Shown here one piece after another: positions 49,982-63,330 of a stretch of 64,000 bases of DNA. Both the position numbers and the translations under genes were made by a program. Source of the DNA: Octopus sinensis (lineage: Eukaryota); NCBI RefSeq assembly GCF_006345805.1, contig NC_042998.1, positions 170,376,001 through 170,440,000 on the forward strand, read 5' to 3'. Below the pieces are notes generated by a model. That model saw nothing but the letters and a program-made list of their open reading frames with translations. It did no database searches and was not told where the DNA came from. Within the stretch, counting starts at the first letter, position 1. Each line of letters begins with the position of its first letter.

Positions 49982-52000
49982 ATGATGACCGTCCACTCGT
50001 GACCGAGGAAGACCATTGCCGACCTTCAGGAACATTGTGCGCTCTAGGACTAACTTATATTTTGCATTTGCAGCTCTGTTGGTGGCTAATGAGCCCTGCT
50101 CTTGACAAGCATACACAACTGCAAACATTGCAGACCAAGCTTTCCCCATTCACTATACGAGTCGTGCGCATCGCTTAAGTTCTTCATGCTGGATAGGTGC
50201 TCTCTCAAAAGTGTCGACCCCTCCTTAACCTGCTTCCTCCATCTGTGGCAATGACAGGCATTGTTCTCCCAGTCAGTGTCCTGCATATCACAGGCCTTTA
50301 ATGAGGATTTGACACAGTCCTTAAATCACAGCCTTGGTTTCTGCCGGAGTCTCTTTCCATTCACAAGTTCTCCATAGAGCATCTGCTTAGGAATCCTGCT
50401 ATCCTTCATTCTAATAAGGTGTCCAGTCCGATGTAACTGGTGCTTGTGCACCATCGCCCCAATACTCAAGATATCAGCTGTCCTCCAACATTGATAATGT
50501 GTCTGAGACATCTCTGATGAAAGCGTTCAAGGACCCTTACCTGACGTTTGTACAGAGTCCATGTCTCACATGAGTAGAGGAGCGATGTCAGTAGACATGC
50601 ACGATACACAGCAACTTTTGTTCGTCTTGCGATGCCAATGTGGGACCAGACACGAGACTGAAAAGACCAGAAGGAATTAGTTGCTCTCTGCAACCTGAAA
50701 GATATTTCCTCATCCAGGGAGCAAGAACGGCTGAGTGTGCTGCCCAGGTAGACAAACTTGTCTACTACCTTCAGAATTGTTCCTTCAACCAAGATAGCTG
50801 GTTCCATATATGGATTTCCTGGTGCAGGCTGGAACATCACAACAGTCTTGTCCAGGCTAATGCTGAGTCTAAATGCCCTGCAAGAAGCAGAAATGCAATT
50901 CATGAGTATTTGCATGTCATCCACCGTATGAGTGACTAAGTCACAGTCATCTGCATAAAGGAAGTCACGAATAATAGGCCGGGAAACCTTTGAATTGGCA
51001 GCAAATTGGTGAAGATTAAAGATCGATATCTGACATATATTCCCAGAGAGCTAACCTTAGCAAAAGCATGAGTAAAAGCAGCAGCAAAGTACAAAGAAAA
51101 GAGAGTTGGGGCAAGGATGTCACCCTGCTTGACATCATTCTCTACAGGAATGGGTCCCACCATGGCACCACCAACATTGACCCAAGCCTTCATCCCATCA
51201 TGAAATGATTTAATTATAGATACAAAGTGATCCGGACATCCAAGTTTGCCAAGTATTTTCCATAGAAAGGCCCTATTGACAGTATCAAAGGCCTTTGTTA
51301 AATCAATGAATACCTGGACAAGATCCATATTCTGTTCATAGCACTTCTCCTGCATCTGTCTTGCTGTGAAAATCATATCCATTGTCCCTCTACCAGATGG
51401 GAAGCCACATTGAGATTCAGATAGGACATCATTTACGAGACACCCATTCAGACAGGTAAGAAGAATATTTGCCAGAACCTTACCAGCAGCTGATAGAAGA
51501 GCAATACCTCTGTAGTTACCACACATTGTTCTGGCTCCTTTTCCTTTATATAGAGGAAGAATAATTGCATCTTTCCAGTCCTTAGGGATTGCACCATCCC
51601 TCCAGACTGCACTAATAAGTTCATGAAGGGACTGTGTGATGTAATTACCACCAAATCGCTTGACCTCAGCACAAATTCCATCCTTTCCAAGATTCAATTT
51701 ACTTATTGATGTCATTACTTAATCTATTGAGGGCAGGGAGTCTAAGGAGCCAATGAGAGGTCTTTGTTGCATAGTATCAATCACTGTTACATCCACAACT
51801 GACTCATGGTTTAGGAGTTCAGAGAAGTGTTCGATCCAGCGACCTGTGATTTCTGTTGATTTAGTAAACAAAATGTCCAAAATGTCCAATGCCATTCCCT
51901 GCATATCTGGTTTTATATCATAGTGACTTTCTCCTAGAGACATGCTTTAACAAAAGCTGAGGGGCGCCTCACTCCCAGTGGTCTTTCAGCACGTCTGGAT
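49982..52000 (-). mobile_element. RTE/BovB-like LINE, frameshifted, apparently lacking the endonuclease region
   Basis: RWIEHFSELLN, PKDWKDAIILPLYKGKG..CGNYRGIALLS, SESQCGF..GRGTMDMIFTARQMQEKCYEQ, FIDLTKAFDTVNR, KQGDILAPTLF, FVYLGSTLS, LLYSCETW, GHLIRMKDSRIPKQMLYGEL. Confidence 0.92.
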
Positions 52001-52714
52001 TACAAATTTACATTTGTACCAATAATAATTGGAGCACTTGATTTTGTAAGTAAATGCCCAACTGTCAATCTGGATAAGCTTGGATTCTCAGAAAAAGAAA
52101 TCAACCGACTGACTTGCACATTGCAAATACAATCTGTAAGCAGGACAGTAAAACAATGCAAGACTTTTCTCAGGTTTAAAATGTGACATTGTTTTTGTTA
52201 TTGATATTCCAATGATGGAGCCTTGTATCTTTATTAGGGACCAGCTCCTTCTTCAGAGAGAGAATTCAAATGATTAAAAACAGAAGAGAAACAAACATGT
52301 ATGCACACACACACACACACACACATACACACACAAATACACACACGCACATATGAAATTGAATAAATTTCAGGGGGAACGGAAATTGCATGCTCAACTT
52401 CATTAGGTTACGGCTGTATCCAGGTTCTTTGAGTCGATCATATGTACAATGTTTAAGTGTGTATTAACATACATATTCCATGTATTTTATATCTATATGC
52501 ATGAATTGTGAATCTTCCTATTATTGAATATATTTGTCTAGGAGTTCCTTATACACCTTTGTATATAAATATGTACACAAAATTATCTGAATCTACATAT
52601 TTCTGAGAGTGGCTTATACCCTTCAGAATTTATATTCCATTTTTTTAAATATTTATATTTTCAAAGCTGATTTTATTTTCCATATATGCAAATATTTACC
52701 CAAAGAAACTTGCG

Positions 52715-52756
<42 letters not shown>

Positions 52757-52888
52757 TTTGATACTTTGATAGGTTTCGGCCATTATTGGCCCAGGCCATG
52801 TCTAACTTAATAGCACCACCTGGTAATATATATACACATATTCTTTCTGCATAAGTAAAACAGACAGATAGTCAGAAGCAGGCATGAC

Positions 52889-53015
52889 AATATTCTAGGT
52901 GTGTGGATTAACATGGATTTTGAGAGATCCATTTTGAGAGTCTTCTGATAGAGTTAACATGATTTCACATCATGAATCTCTCAAAATCTGTGTTAATCCA
53001 TGCACCTACAATATT
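52889..53015. repeat. MITE-like hairpin, ~43 bp inverted arms
   Basis: aatattctaggtgtgtggattaacatggattttgagagat ... atctctcaaaatctgtgttaatccatgcacctacaatatt. Confidence 0.75.
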
Positions 53016-54016
53016 AAGATGTGCAGCAAATGTTGTCCGCACTGCTTCAATGCAACATTATCAATTTAATTCCAGTTTGTCCATGCTTTACAAGCAATAG
53101 CATACACTCCATGTACTGTTTTAATAAAAGCAATTTCATTCTGACTAGGCCGTGTAAGACAAATTTGATTTTCTTAACTGACAATGTGAAACAATACATG
53201 TCTAAGAAGGCAGTTTTCCCACAGGATCAACTTTACAGCAGAAAGGCTTCTCATATCTGAGTGCCCTGAACATGTTGAATATAATTTTACAAAAATACAC
53301 ACACACACGCACACACAGATAGATAGATAGACAGACAGACAGACGGACAGACGGATGGACAGACGGACGGACGGACGGATGGACGGATGGACGGACGGAC
53401 GGACGGACGGACGGACGGACGGACGGATGGATGGATGGAATCCCTTGAGCTGGAATCCCTTGTCATCAACTTCAATAGCTTACAGCTGTTTCTGCTATGA
53501 TGAGTAATGCTCTCAGAGCTGATTGTCTGTGCAACTCCTATATAACTTCTTCAGTGCCATTAAAATGAAGTGTGTGTATGTATGTATGTATGTATGTATG
53601 TATGTATGTATGTATGTATGTATGTATGTATGTATGTATGCATGTATGTATGTATGTGTTTGTGTATGCATATGCATATGCATTTGTGTAACTTTCAAGC
53701 AATGTTTGTAAACAGTGTCAAGAGAACGAATTAACCAGTTCTTCCGAAAATCGTAATTCATAAGTCATTTGTTTTATTGTGTCTGGGGCAAGTCATTCTC
53801 TTTTAGTGCCTTGTTTTCTTTTTTTTATAAATTTTTTCGGGCCCAAATATATGCCTGCTTACACACACACACACACACACACACTTCTGTCATCCCTCTT
53901 ATCCCTCACTGTGTCTATGTATATTGCAAGTTCAAGACATCATATGACATCTGAAAGGGAGTTGATGAGTTATTGAATAAATTTTATAAAAAAAAGAGTA
54001 AGGATGAAGAATTTCT

Positions 54017-54036
54017 GTGTTGATTGTTGCTGTTAA

Positions 54037-54085
<49 letters not shown>

Positions 54086-54400
54086 CTTCTTCTTCTTCTT
54101 CTTCTTCTTCTTCTTCTTCTTCTTCTTCTTCTTCTTCTTCTTCTTCTTTTTTTCTTCTCCTCCTCCTCCTCCTCATTCTCCTTCTCCTTCTCCTTCTCCT
54201 TCTCCTTCTTCTTCTTCTTCTTCTTCTCTTATTTCATTCTCCTCTTTCTGTTCAAGTTCTTCATCTCACTTCATTCTTTCGTTCTTCCCATTCTTCTTCT
54301 CTTCTCCTTTTCTCCTCATTCACCCCATCATCACCACTATCACCAAATCCATTGCCATCAACCACCTTCTCTTCCTCCTTCGCATTCTTCTTCCACTCTT
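54017..54400. repeat. (GTT)n-(CTT)n-(CCT)n-(CTTCTC)n compound microsatellite
   Basis: Directly visible. Confidence 0.95.
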
Positions 54401-54828
54401 CCATAAACACTCTCCTGATCAATTCTGCTTGAGTAGTCAAATGACAGAGTTAGTTGATCAAATTTACCATGCAGTCAGCACTAAGATATACAATTTCCAG
54501 CCTGTATTATCAGGTATCCTCATCAAAGAGGTTAGGCTTTAAAACATATCCTCCTCACTCACCCACTGCCCTACTGTGAAGCAGAAAGTATGTTGATAGA
54601 TAAGTGACAAACACAGAGGTTAACTTGTAAATATTGCTTCCAACATAGCTTAAAATGTTCCACATGAGTATAAAGAGGAAGTTGGAACATTCATACTTTT
54701 CCTTCTCAGTGATATTTCTGATGAAACAAGGAATCAAAATTACATTTGTTAAGAACTAGTCTTGGGTAAATTTTGCCTAAACATTTGAGGAATAGCAACA
54801 GGTGTGAAATTATCTGAAGGAACTCCAG

Positions 54829-55048
54829 TATGAGTGGGTGATGAAAAGTTCTTGGCTTTGGGTAAAAGAAAATACAGGATGATCAGTTAATTATGATTTT
54901 ATTCAACATCTTCCCCTCTCAGATTCACATACTTATTGCAGCAGTCCTTCAGTTTTTCTAACCCCTGTAAAAGAATTCATAAAGTAGGGCCTCCAACCAG
55001 GCTTTTCATGAAACCCTTAAAGCCAGGAACTTTTCAGTATCTCCCCAT
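54829..55048. mobile_element. Non-autonomous mariner-type MITE (second copy)
   Basis: Homologous along its length to 32085-32301, with TA-bounded TIRs. Confidence 0.8.
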
Positions 55049-55054
55049 ATATCA

Positions 55055-55478
55055 TTTGTCTTTTATTTGTTTCCGTCATTAAACTACAGCCATGAAGGGT
55101 TTAGTTGAACAAATCAACCTCAGTGCTCATTTCTAAGCCTTGTACTTATTCAGTCAATCTCTTGCACCAAACTAATAAGTTACAGGGGATGTAAATAAAC
55201 CAACACTAATTATCAAGTGATGGTTAGAGAGAAATACAAAGACAAACACACCAAAAAAACACACAAAGACATACATACATACATACATACATACATACAT
55301 AAATACATATATATATATATATATATACACATATAGAATGGGCTTCCACACAGTTTCCATCTACCAAGTTCATTCACAAACCATTGGTTGGCCTGAGACT
55401 ATAGTAGAAGACACCTGCCCAAGGTGCCATGCATTGAGACTGAATTTGGAATGACATGGTTGCAAAGTAAGCTTCATA
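55055..55478 (-). mobile_element. tRNA-derived SINE, family A (diverged)
   Basis: Reverse-complement homology. Confidence 0.78.
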
Positions 55479-56149
55479 CGAAGCAGTATCAAAGAATTCT
55501 TGGACTAATTACATGTCTATATGTGTGTCTGTGCATGCATATCATCACTATCATCATCATCATCATCATTTTTATGCTCACTCTTCCCTGCAAGCATGAA
55601 TTGGACAATGAGGTTGTCTATTGCAACACAGACTGAAGAGTCCCTTCTGTCATGAATCTGTTCTTCTTCTCAGTAACTAACCTGCTGGATATTGGCCTAT
55701 AATAAGGTGTACAGAGTCCATAGCTTACTCATATGTTTAATCACTGTAATGAAGGTGTAAAACTCTGCAACTGATTTGGAGATAGCGGTAATCTAATTTT
55801 GCTTTAGAGGTTATCTCTGTTATGGGATTAGAAATAGGGCAGGAAATATCTTGCAAGTTTGGGAGAAATGGCCATCTCCATAACTCTGTATGGGCAGTTG
55901 GAGTATGCCAAACTGTCTTGATAAGTTGAAGCATTGTATTTGGTGGTGATGTTAACTGAACATCTATGCCAACTCACAAATGTATTGAGTGAATGAAATA
56001 CAGTGCATGTTTATGAAGAGACAGATATACAGAGATAGAAATGAAACAAAGAAAGAGCATTGGAATATGAGAAAGAGATAACCCTAAATACAAAGGATTT
56101 TAGAATTAAACATACAAATAATGACATCCATCCAATCCAAACAAACATA

Positions 56150-56575
56150 CAAAGGGAACATCATAGATAACTTCAGGCCCATCACTCTGCTCAACACAGA
56201 TTTGAAGATTTTGGCCAAGGTGTTAGCACCGAGAGGTTGGTGCTTGTCATTGAGAAAGTGGTCGACAAGGCACAAACATGTGTTGTGCCAGGCAGGAGTA
56301 TCCATGACAACCTCCATCTGATGCGCTACATCATAGACAGGGTAGTTAAGGAATTTGGCATGGGTGGGGGCACTGATCAATTTGGATCAATTGAAAGCTT
56401 TCGATAGGGTTGACCATCGCTACTTGGAGGCTGTCCTTAGAGTGGCTGATTTCGGTCCCATCTTCCATGGTTGAATCACCGCCTTATACTGCGGCATCCA
56501 CTCAGTAGATCGTGTAAATGGTCATCTGTCCAGACCATTTAACATCAAGCATTCAGTCCATCAAGGATGCCCTTT
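56150..56575 (+). mobile_element. Tx1/L1-clade LINE RT fragment
   Basis: NFRPITLLNTDLKILAKVLA, GRSIHDNLHLMRYII, LINLDQLKAFDRVDHRYL, SVHQGCP. Confidence 0.82.
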
Positions 56576-57095
56576 CTTGATGTAGAGAACAGTAGATTCA
56601 TTGTTGCTGTAATGGCAGTCTACATCTGCATATGTTCTCCCTTCCTTAAGCATGTCGAAGAGTCTCACCTTCTCTGCAATAGTAAGCATCTTCCTTTGGT
56701 GCTTAGGCTCACTGCCAGAAGCCTTAGAAGGTGCAGAACATCAGGGGGATTGAAATAAATTCACAATTTTACACACAAATGCAAAACAACACCACACACT
56801 CACCTCCTGAGTTTTGTTTTCTATACAGTATGCGCAATTCTTTGTTTACTCATCCACGGTACACTACGTATTTTATTTTAATATATTTTAATTAATATGT
56901 GCAGTATTGTACCGTATTTATATCTATTAATCTATTAAATTTTAGGCATGAAAATGCTTATTTTACCACACAAATAATTAAAATCTAAAAAAATATAAAT
57001 ACCTATTAGCTGCAGAAACCCATGATATACTCAGAAGTCCGCAATATAAATTCACATGTATTAGCCAGAAATTCCGCAATGTGATATGGTGAGTG

Positions 57096-57098
<3 letters not shown>
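56576..57098 (-). mobile_element. Tigger/pogo-like non-autonomous fragment
   Basis: Homologous to 49400-49920. Confidence 0.6.
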
Positions 57099-57138
<40 letters not shown>

Positions 57139-57157
57139 ATATATGTATGGATATATA

Positions 57158-57190
<33 letters not shown>

Positions 57191-57200
57191 ATATATGTAT

Positions 57201-57282
<82 letters not shown>

Positions 57283-57285
<3 letters not shown>

Positions 57286-57650
57286 CAATGGTTAGGGCAG
57301 CGAATTTGTGGTCATAGGATCACAGTTTCGATTACCAAACCAGGCATTGTGAGTGTTTGCTGAGCACAGGCACCTAAAGCTCCATGCAACTCCAGCAGGG
57401 GGTGGTGGCGAACCCTGTTGTACTGTTTCACCACAACTTTCTCTCACTCTTTCTTCCTGTTTCTGTTGTACCTGTATTTCAAAGAGCCAGCTTTGTCACA
57501 CTCTGTATCACGCTGAATCTCCCTGAGAACTACGTTAAGGGTACATGTGTCTGTGGAGTGCTCAGCCACTTTCATGTTAATTTCAGGAACAGACTGTTCC
57601 ATTGATCAGATCAACTGGAACACTCGTCATCGTAACTGGCAGAGTGCCAT
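57283..57650 (+). mobile_element. tRNA-derived SINE, family C
   Basis: Head homologous to 39018-39190. Confidence 0.72.
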
Positions 57651-58122
57651 GTATATATACACACACAAACACACACACATAAAAATATTGATGATTTTAC
57701 ATCGTTTTCTGTACTAGCAAATGTGCAACCAAACCCACATTAACTCTATAAACCCACATGCCAAACCCACATTAACTCTATAAACAAAGACTACAAAAGC
57801 AGTCCCCCACTCCCAATGGGGTCATGCCAATTTCAACCCTTTCATCAGAAAGAATATATAGATGTTACTGATACCAAGAAAACAACATCATCTTATACTC
57901 CACTTAGTAATAAGTAGCATTCAGCTAAAGCTCTCACTATCACTCCAGTTGCTGGATCTCACTATCATTGAGGATTTATCTTGGTAAAAGCACATCTTTA
58001 ACATAGCAAGAACTGCATACCAACTACTGACTCTTCTCTTCAGTGCAAGAACATGCAAGCCAAAATTTGAAACCATCACCATCATCATCATCATCAGCAT
58101 CATCATCATCATCATTATATTA

Positions 58123-59476
58123 TTGAGTGAGAGAGCAGTGCATGTCATCAAAGTGACACTGGGGTAAAATATATGAAGCCCAGTATACCCATCATGACTA
58201 CCCATCTGATAAGGGTACACCAGGCACATACATCACAGCCATGTGTGCACGACATGGTGATCTCATATCAAGATAAACAGTGCATGACCTTGCAGGTAGG
58301 GGCCCAGTTAGAATTTTCTTCTGGTCGAGTAGCCCATCACGCTCAAAAGGTCCCTGAATGAGGATTGTTTAAGGATGTTGAACAAACCACCCATGTTTCC
58401 AAAGATGAATTATCCAAACCTCTAAGAATTCATTTCAGCACACGGCTGTGATGCTCCCCTACTACTTCTGCTCATGATCAGAGATGCACGTATCCTCAGC
58501 AACTAAGGGACATGGTCAACTGGTTAAGGTCAAACAACTGACAAGCAAATCTGTGGTATTGAGCAGAATATTTGCTGTAGCCCATCTTTTATACCAAGAC
58601 AAAGAATGTATGTGATAACACTTCCAATCAGTTAAGCCATGAGAGCCATTATTATTATTATAATTATTATAATTATTATTGTTGTTGTTGTTGTTGTTTT
58701 GTTGTTGTTGTTGTTGTTATTATTATTATCATTATTAAGCCAGCACTCTCACAGCCATTAGCACATCAGATAAAAAAACTTAATATTTCTTCTGGCTTTT
58801 TACAATCTGAGTTCAAATTCCGCCAAGGTCAACTTAGCCTTTCATCCTTTCAGGATTGATAAAATAAGTACCAGCTAAGCACTAAAGTCGATGTAGTCAG
58901 CTATCTCCCATAACTGCTGGCCTTATGCCAAAATTTGAAATCATTATTATTATTACTGAGTGAGTGTGCAATGCATAACATGAAAGTGACACTGGGTTAC
59001 AAATATACAAAGCCCAATATAGCCATCATGACTACCTGTCTAATAAGAGTACACCAAGCACATGTATCACAACTATATGTGTGTGACATGGGGATCTCAT
59101 ATGTACATAAATAGTGCATGATCATGCAGGTGGAGCCCAGTTAAAATTTTCTTCAGTTTAAGTAGCCCTTCCCACTCAAAAGGTGCTTGAATAAGGTCTG
59201 TTTAAGGATGATAAATGAAACACCCATGTTTTCCAGAGGTAAATTATTCAAACCCCAATGAATTCCTCTCAACACATGGCTATGATGCTCCCCAACTACT
59301 CCTGTGCATAATGAGAGATGCACATATTGTTAGGCACTAAGGGACATGCCCAACTGATTAAGGTCAAACAACTGACAAGTAAATCTGCTCTTGAACAGAA
59401 TATTTGTTGTAGCTCATTTTTACACCAAGACAAAACATGAATATTATAACACTTCCAATCAGTTAAGATCAGAAGC
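58123..59476. repeat. Two diverged direct copies of a ~520 bp unclassified repeat (58123-58648, 58956-59476), separated by simple repeats and a family-B SINE (58736-58940)
   Basis: tgagtgag...aaagtgacactggg...catcatgactacc...aacacttccaatcagttaag is shared by both; each starts at a (TAT)n tract. Confidence 0.8.
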
Positions 59477-59598
59477 AACGGTAGGTACTGCCTGTTGGGT
59501 GGGGGGTCAATAAATTAAGTACCAGTGATACACTAGGGTCGATGTAATCGACTTGCCTTCTCCCCCAAATTTCAGGCCTTGTACCTTTAGTAGAAAGG

Positions 59599-59687
<89 letters not shown>

Positions 59688-60381
59688 TAATCATTTCTAA
59701 CATTTGTCCCCAGGACTTATTCTTACAAACAATTAGAAGTGAAGAAAAATATAAACAAAATAAAGTTACGTAAAAATGAGATGGGCAGGTAGATATTGCA
59801 CAATATATTTAAAGATAATAATAATAGCAACAACAACAACAACAACAACAATAATAATAGTGATGATGATAACAATAACTGGTCAATAGACTAGCAGAAA
59901 TGGTTGTGCGTCAGACTAAATATCTTATAATATTTAGTTACATCCCTTTGAATTTGGAGTTTAAATGCCATAAATCCAATCAATAAAATAAATACCAGAT
60001 GCGTATTGGAGGTTATTCACTCTTACACCTCTTACTTTCATATTTGTCATCTTGTAACAATGTTACAAACCGTTATTACCATTAACTGAATTTATCTAAT
60101 TTGGATATTATAGACAAATGCCCCAGGATGGTTATAGCCTGCTGGCTGAAACTAGAAGAGGCATAAAACATTAAAAGAGATTATCAATAGACAGACAGAC
60201 AGACAGATACATACATACACAATCCTATGACTATATATATATATAAAATAACAAAATAATAAATAAAACATATGCACATATACATACATATATGTACGTA
60301 GCTACATCTATATGTATATATACATGCATATATTGGTACAGGACACCCAAAAAACGTTGAACACAATGAGAAACGAAAACG

Positions 60382-60411
60382 TGTATATATGTGTGTGTGT
60401 GTATATATATA

Positions 60412-60466
<55 letters not shown>

Positions 60467-60477
60467 ATATATATATC

Positions 60478-60508
<31 letters not shown>

Positions 60509-60531
60509 ATATATATATGTATATATATATG

Positions 60532-60613
<82 letters not shown>

Positions 60614-60632
60614 CATATATATATATATATAG
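60382..60632. repeat. Long (TA)n microsatellite
   Basis: Directly visible, about 70 bp downstream of the donor at 60699. Confidence 0.95.
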
Positions 60633-60699
60633 GTGTTTATGTGCACAAATAATAAAAATAATACAAATTAATTAGAAGACTGTTTGTGTAAACACTTAC

Positions 60700-60759
60700 T
60701 GGTTTAGCAGCACAGTTCTCAAGCTTGGATGTTAACATGCTCTGATAGTCCAAACACAT
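60700..60759 (-). CDS. RhoGEF gene, probable start-codon exon, coding part (MCLDYQSMLTSKLENCAAKP); the whole exon is probably 60700-60906
   Basis: Strong acceptor tttcactttttcttctccatgcag| at 60907 and donor CCA|gtaagt at 60699. The ATG at 60759 has an in-frame TGA two codons upstream. The exon ends in phase 0, matching the phase-0 start of exon 38525-38692. No homology support for the 20 aa. Confidence 0.5.
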
Positions 60760-61379
60760 AATTCATAAGATTTCGATAATCAACAACATCATTCTTCCAC
60801 ACTAGAAGAATATATTACCCCATGAACAAGAGAATTGCCACACAATTTATCCAATAGTTCTTCGTTGAATATTGATCACACTAAATCTCTCTCCATATGT
60901 GAGTACCTGCATGGAGAAGAAAAAGTGAAATAAAGCGTTCAATATGTAGGCATATTGGTATCAATCTTCTTCATCTGCAATCTATGCACCTACAGGATTT
61001 TTATGTACATCTCTATACGCTGTTGTTTCTATGCCTCTGTATGTATATATGTGTTTGTACATGTGTCTCAATTTGTGTGTGTCTGTGTGTATGAGACAGA
61101 GAATGATACAGAGAGAGAAAGAGGAAAAGAAAAAGAGAGAGAAAGAGAGAGAGAGAGAGAGAGTCTGTGTGTATGTGTATGTGCTTGTATATCAGAGTAT
61201 ATGTGTTGTGTCTGCTGTATTTAGTTTGGTGTGTTGTGTCTGATATGCAGTTTCTGGTACATTGTTTCTACTGTAATGTGTGATAAACATTGTGTATACC
61301 GGACCAGGCTCTACTGAGTAGCTTTTGTGAAAAGATGTCTACATCTACCTTCAGTGTCTCATCGAAAGTCTGCATGTGA

Positions 61380-61440
61380 ATATACATACATTCCTATAAG
61401 TATGTATATATGTATGTAGGTATGTGTGTGTGTGTATATA

Positions 61441-61476
<36 letters not shown>

Positions 61477-61500
61477 TGTATGTATGTATGTATGTGTAGA

Positions 61501-61592
<92 letters not shown>

Positions 61593-61637
61593 CAGGTAGA
61601 TAGACAGACAGACAGATAGGTAGATATATATATAAAT

Positions 61638-61675
<38 letters not shown>

Positions 61676-62554
61676 GCAGGCAGACAGACAGATAAATAGA
61701 TTGTATACAAATTTGTAAACTTATATGAACATATATACTTACTTCCATTGTATATCTGCTTATACATATGAATGTTTATGTGTATAGATGTGCATGCATG
61801 GATCTATATTGATTAATGAGTAATATATACCATAGCATACTACAATTCATTCATAAAAACAAAACACAATTTATTTTATTTTTTCTCATAAAATAATGTA
61901 AATCAAAACAAAATATCAACAATTTACCTAAATAAACATACAATTAATTAAAATGTATGACAAATAAAGACAAACACAGAATTTCAAAAATATATAACAT
62001 GTACACATTCCTAGATTGTGTGTTATCTACGCATGTTTGCATGTATGTTTTGTGTCTGCATGTTGTATGTATGTATGTTGTGTGTATGTTGGATGGCAAG
62101 CTACATGTGTGGGAGGATTTTTGGAATATGGTATATTTATCATTTGTGTGATACATAATTCCTTATTACTGTACCATGTTGTTGTTGTTAGTATAATGTT
62201 AGTGGTGGAGATGGCAGAGGTGAAGGAACATATTTGTTATTGTTCATTCTCTAATCATGTGGGAGAGGGTGAAAGTGTGTATCTGCCATTTGGTTGTCAT
62301 GTAGTTCTAGAACATTGTTGACGGAATGAGAAATAATTGTGCCTTTTAATGTTTCTGTCATTTCTGTTTTGCATAACAACAGTGACAGAATTGTGAATAT
62401 ATGATGTGTGTGTGTGTATAGCTATATATATGTGAGTATATATAATATGTGTACACATGCATATATGTATATATGTATAATATATATACATATATATATA
62501 TGTATATACATACACATATATATATATATATAAAGTATTTGTATAATCCATGTG

Positions 62555-62610
<56 letters not shown>

Positions 62611-62830
62611 ATATATTTACATATATATATCACCATATATATATATATCATACATATGCATACATATATTTCTATGTATGTGTGTATATATATGTATGCA
62701 TATATGTATACATACATGCAAACATACATGCATATATGCACACATGTTTGTTTAAATATGTGTGATAGTGTGTGTATGTGTGTGTGCGTGTGTGTTAGTG
62801 TGTGTATGTGTGTGTATGTGTGTGTGTGTA
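61380..62830. repeat. (TATG)n/(GATA)n/(GA)n/(TA)n/(TG)n simple-repeat fields
   Basis: Directly visible, with short unique spacers. Confidence 0.85.
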
Positions 62831-63058
62831 TAGTGTTACAATTGATCATTTTGTAGAACAGTGAAATTTTAACAAAATAACATCTACATGTACCTATAGT
62901 CTTACTGACACATTCACATACACATTTCTCTACACATATTTACAACCATGGAAATTCACACACACACATACACACGTGTATGCAGGCACTCACACACACA
63001 CACTCACACACACACAAAGTCACACACCTGAAAGACATACTCATGTAAGCACACTAAC

Positions 63059-63330
63059 CTAAACACTCAAAAGCCAAAGCTGACAAACAGTTCTACAGTA
63101 TGTGAGAAGACTGTTGTATGTTTCGGTTTTTGCTACATTCTTTTGGCTAATTGTAGCTACAGCAACCATCTCAATAGTAAGCATCGTATAGTTTTGCTGA
63201 TGTTACTACTGCTAGTATGAAATGCTGGTATTCTGTGATGACTGGACAGAGGAAAGCTTCCAGAGCAAGGAAAGCAAGAGAGAATTGATTTTTGTATCAG
63301 CTGCATGACAATGTTTAAAGCTAGCTAGCT
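63059..63330 (-). other. Candidate upstream non-coding exon of the RhoGEF gene
   Basis: Unique sequence ending in a good donor TAG|gttagt at 63058. Exon 60700-60906 has an acceptor and so needs an upstream exon. The 5' boundary cannot be determined. Confidence 0.25.

Noticed and set aside
54563-54717. Possible extra minus-strand exon (ttcatcag acceptor, gtgagt donor; ORF 54555-54737)
   Set aside because: 155 nt; entering in phase 0 hits TGA at codon 4 and the phases do not fit neighbouring exons. It could only be a cryptic or poison exon, and nothing else supports it.
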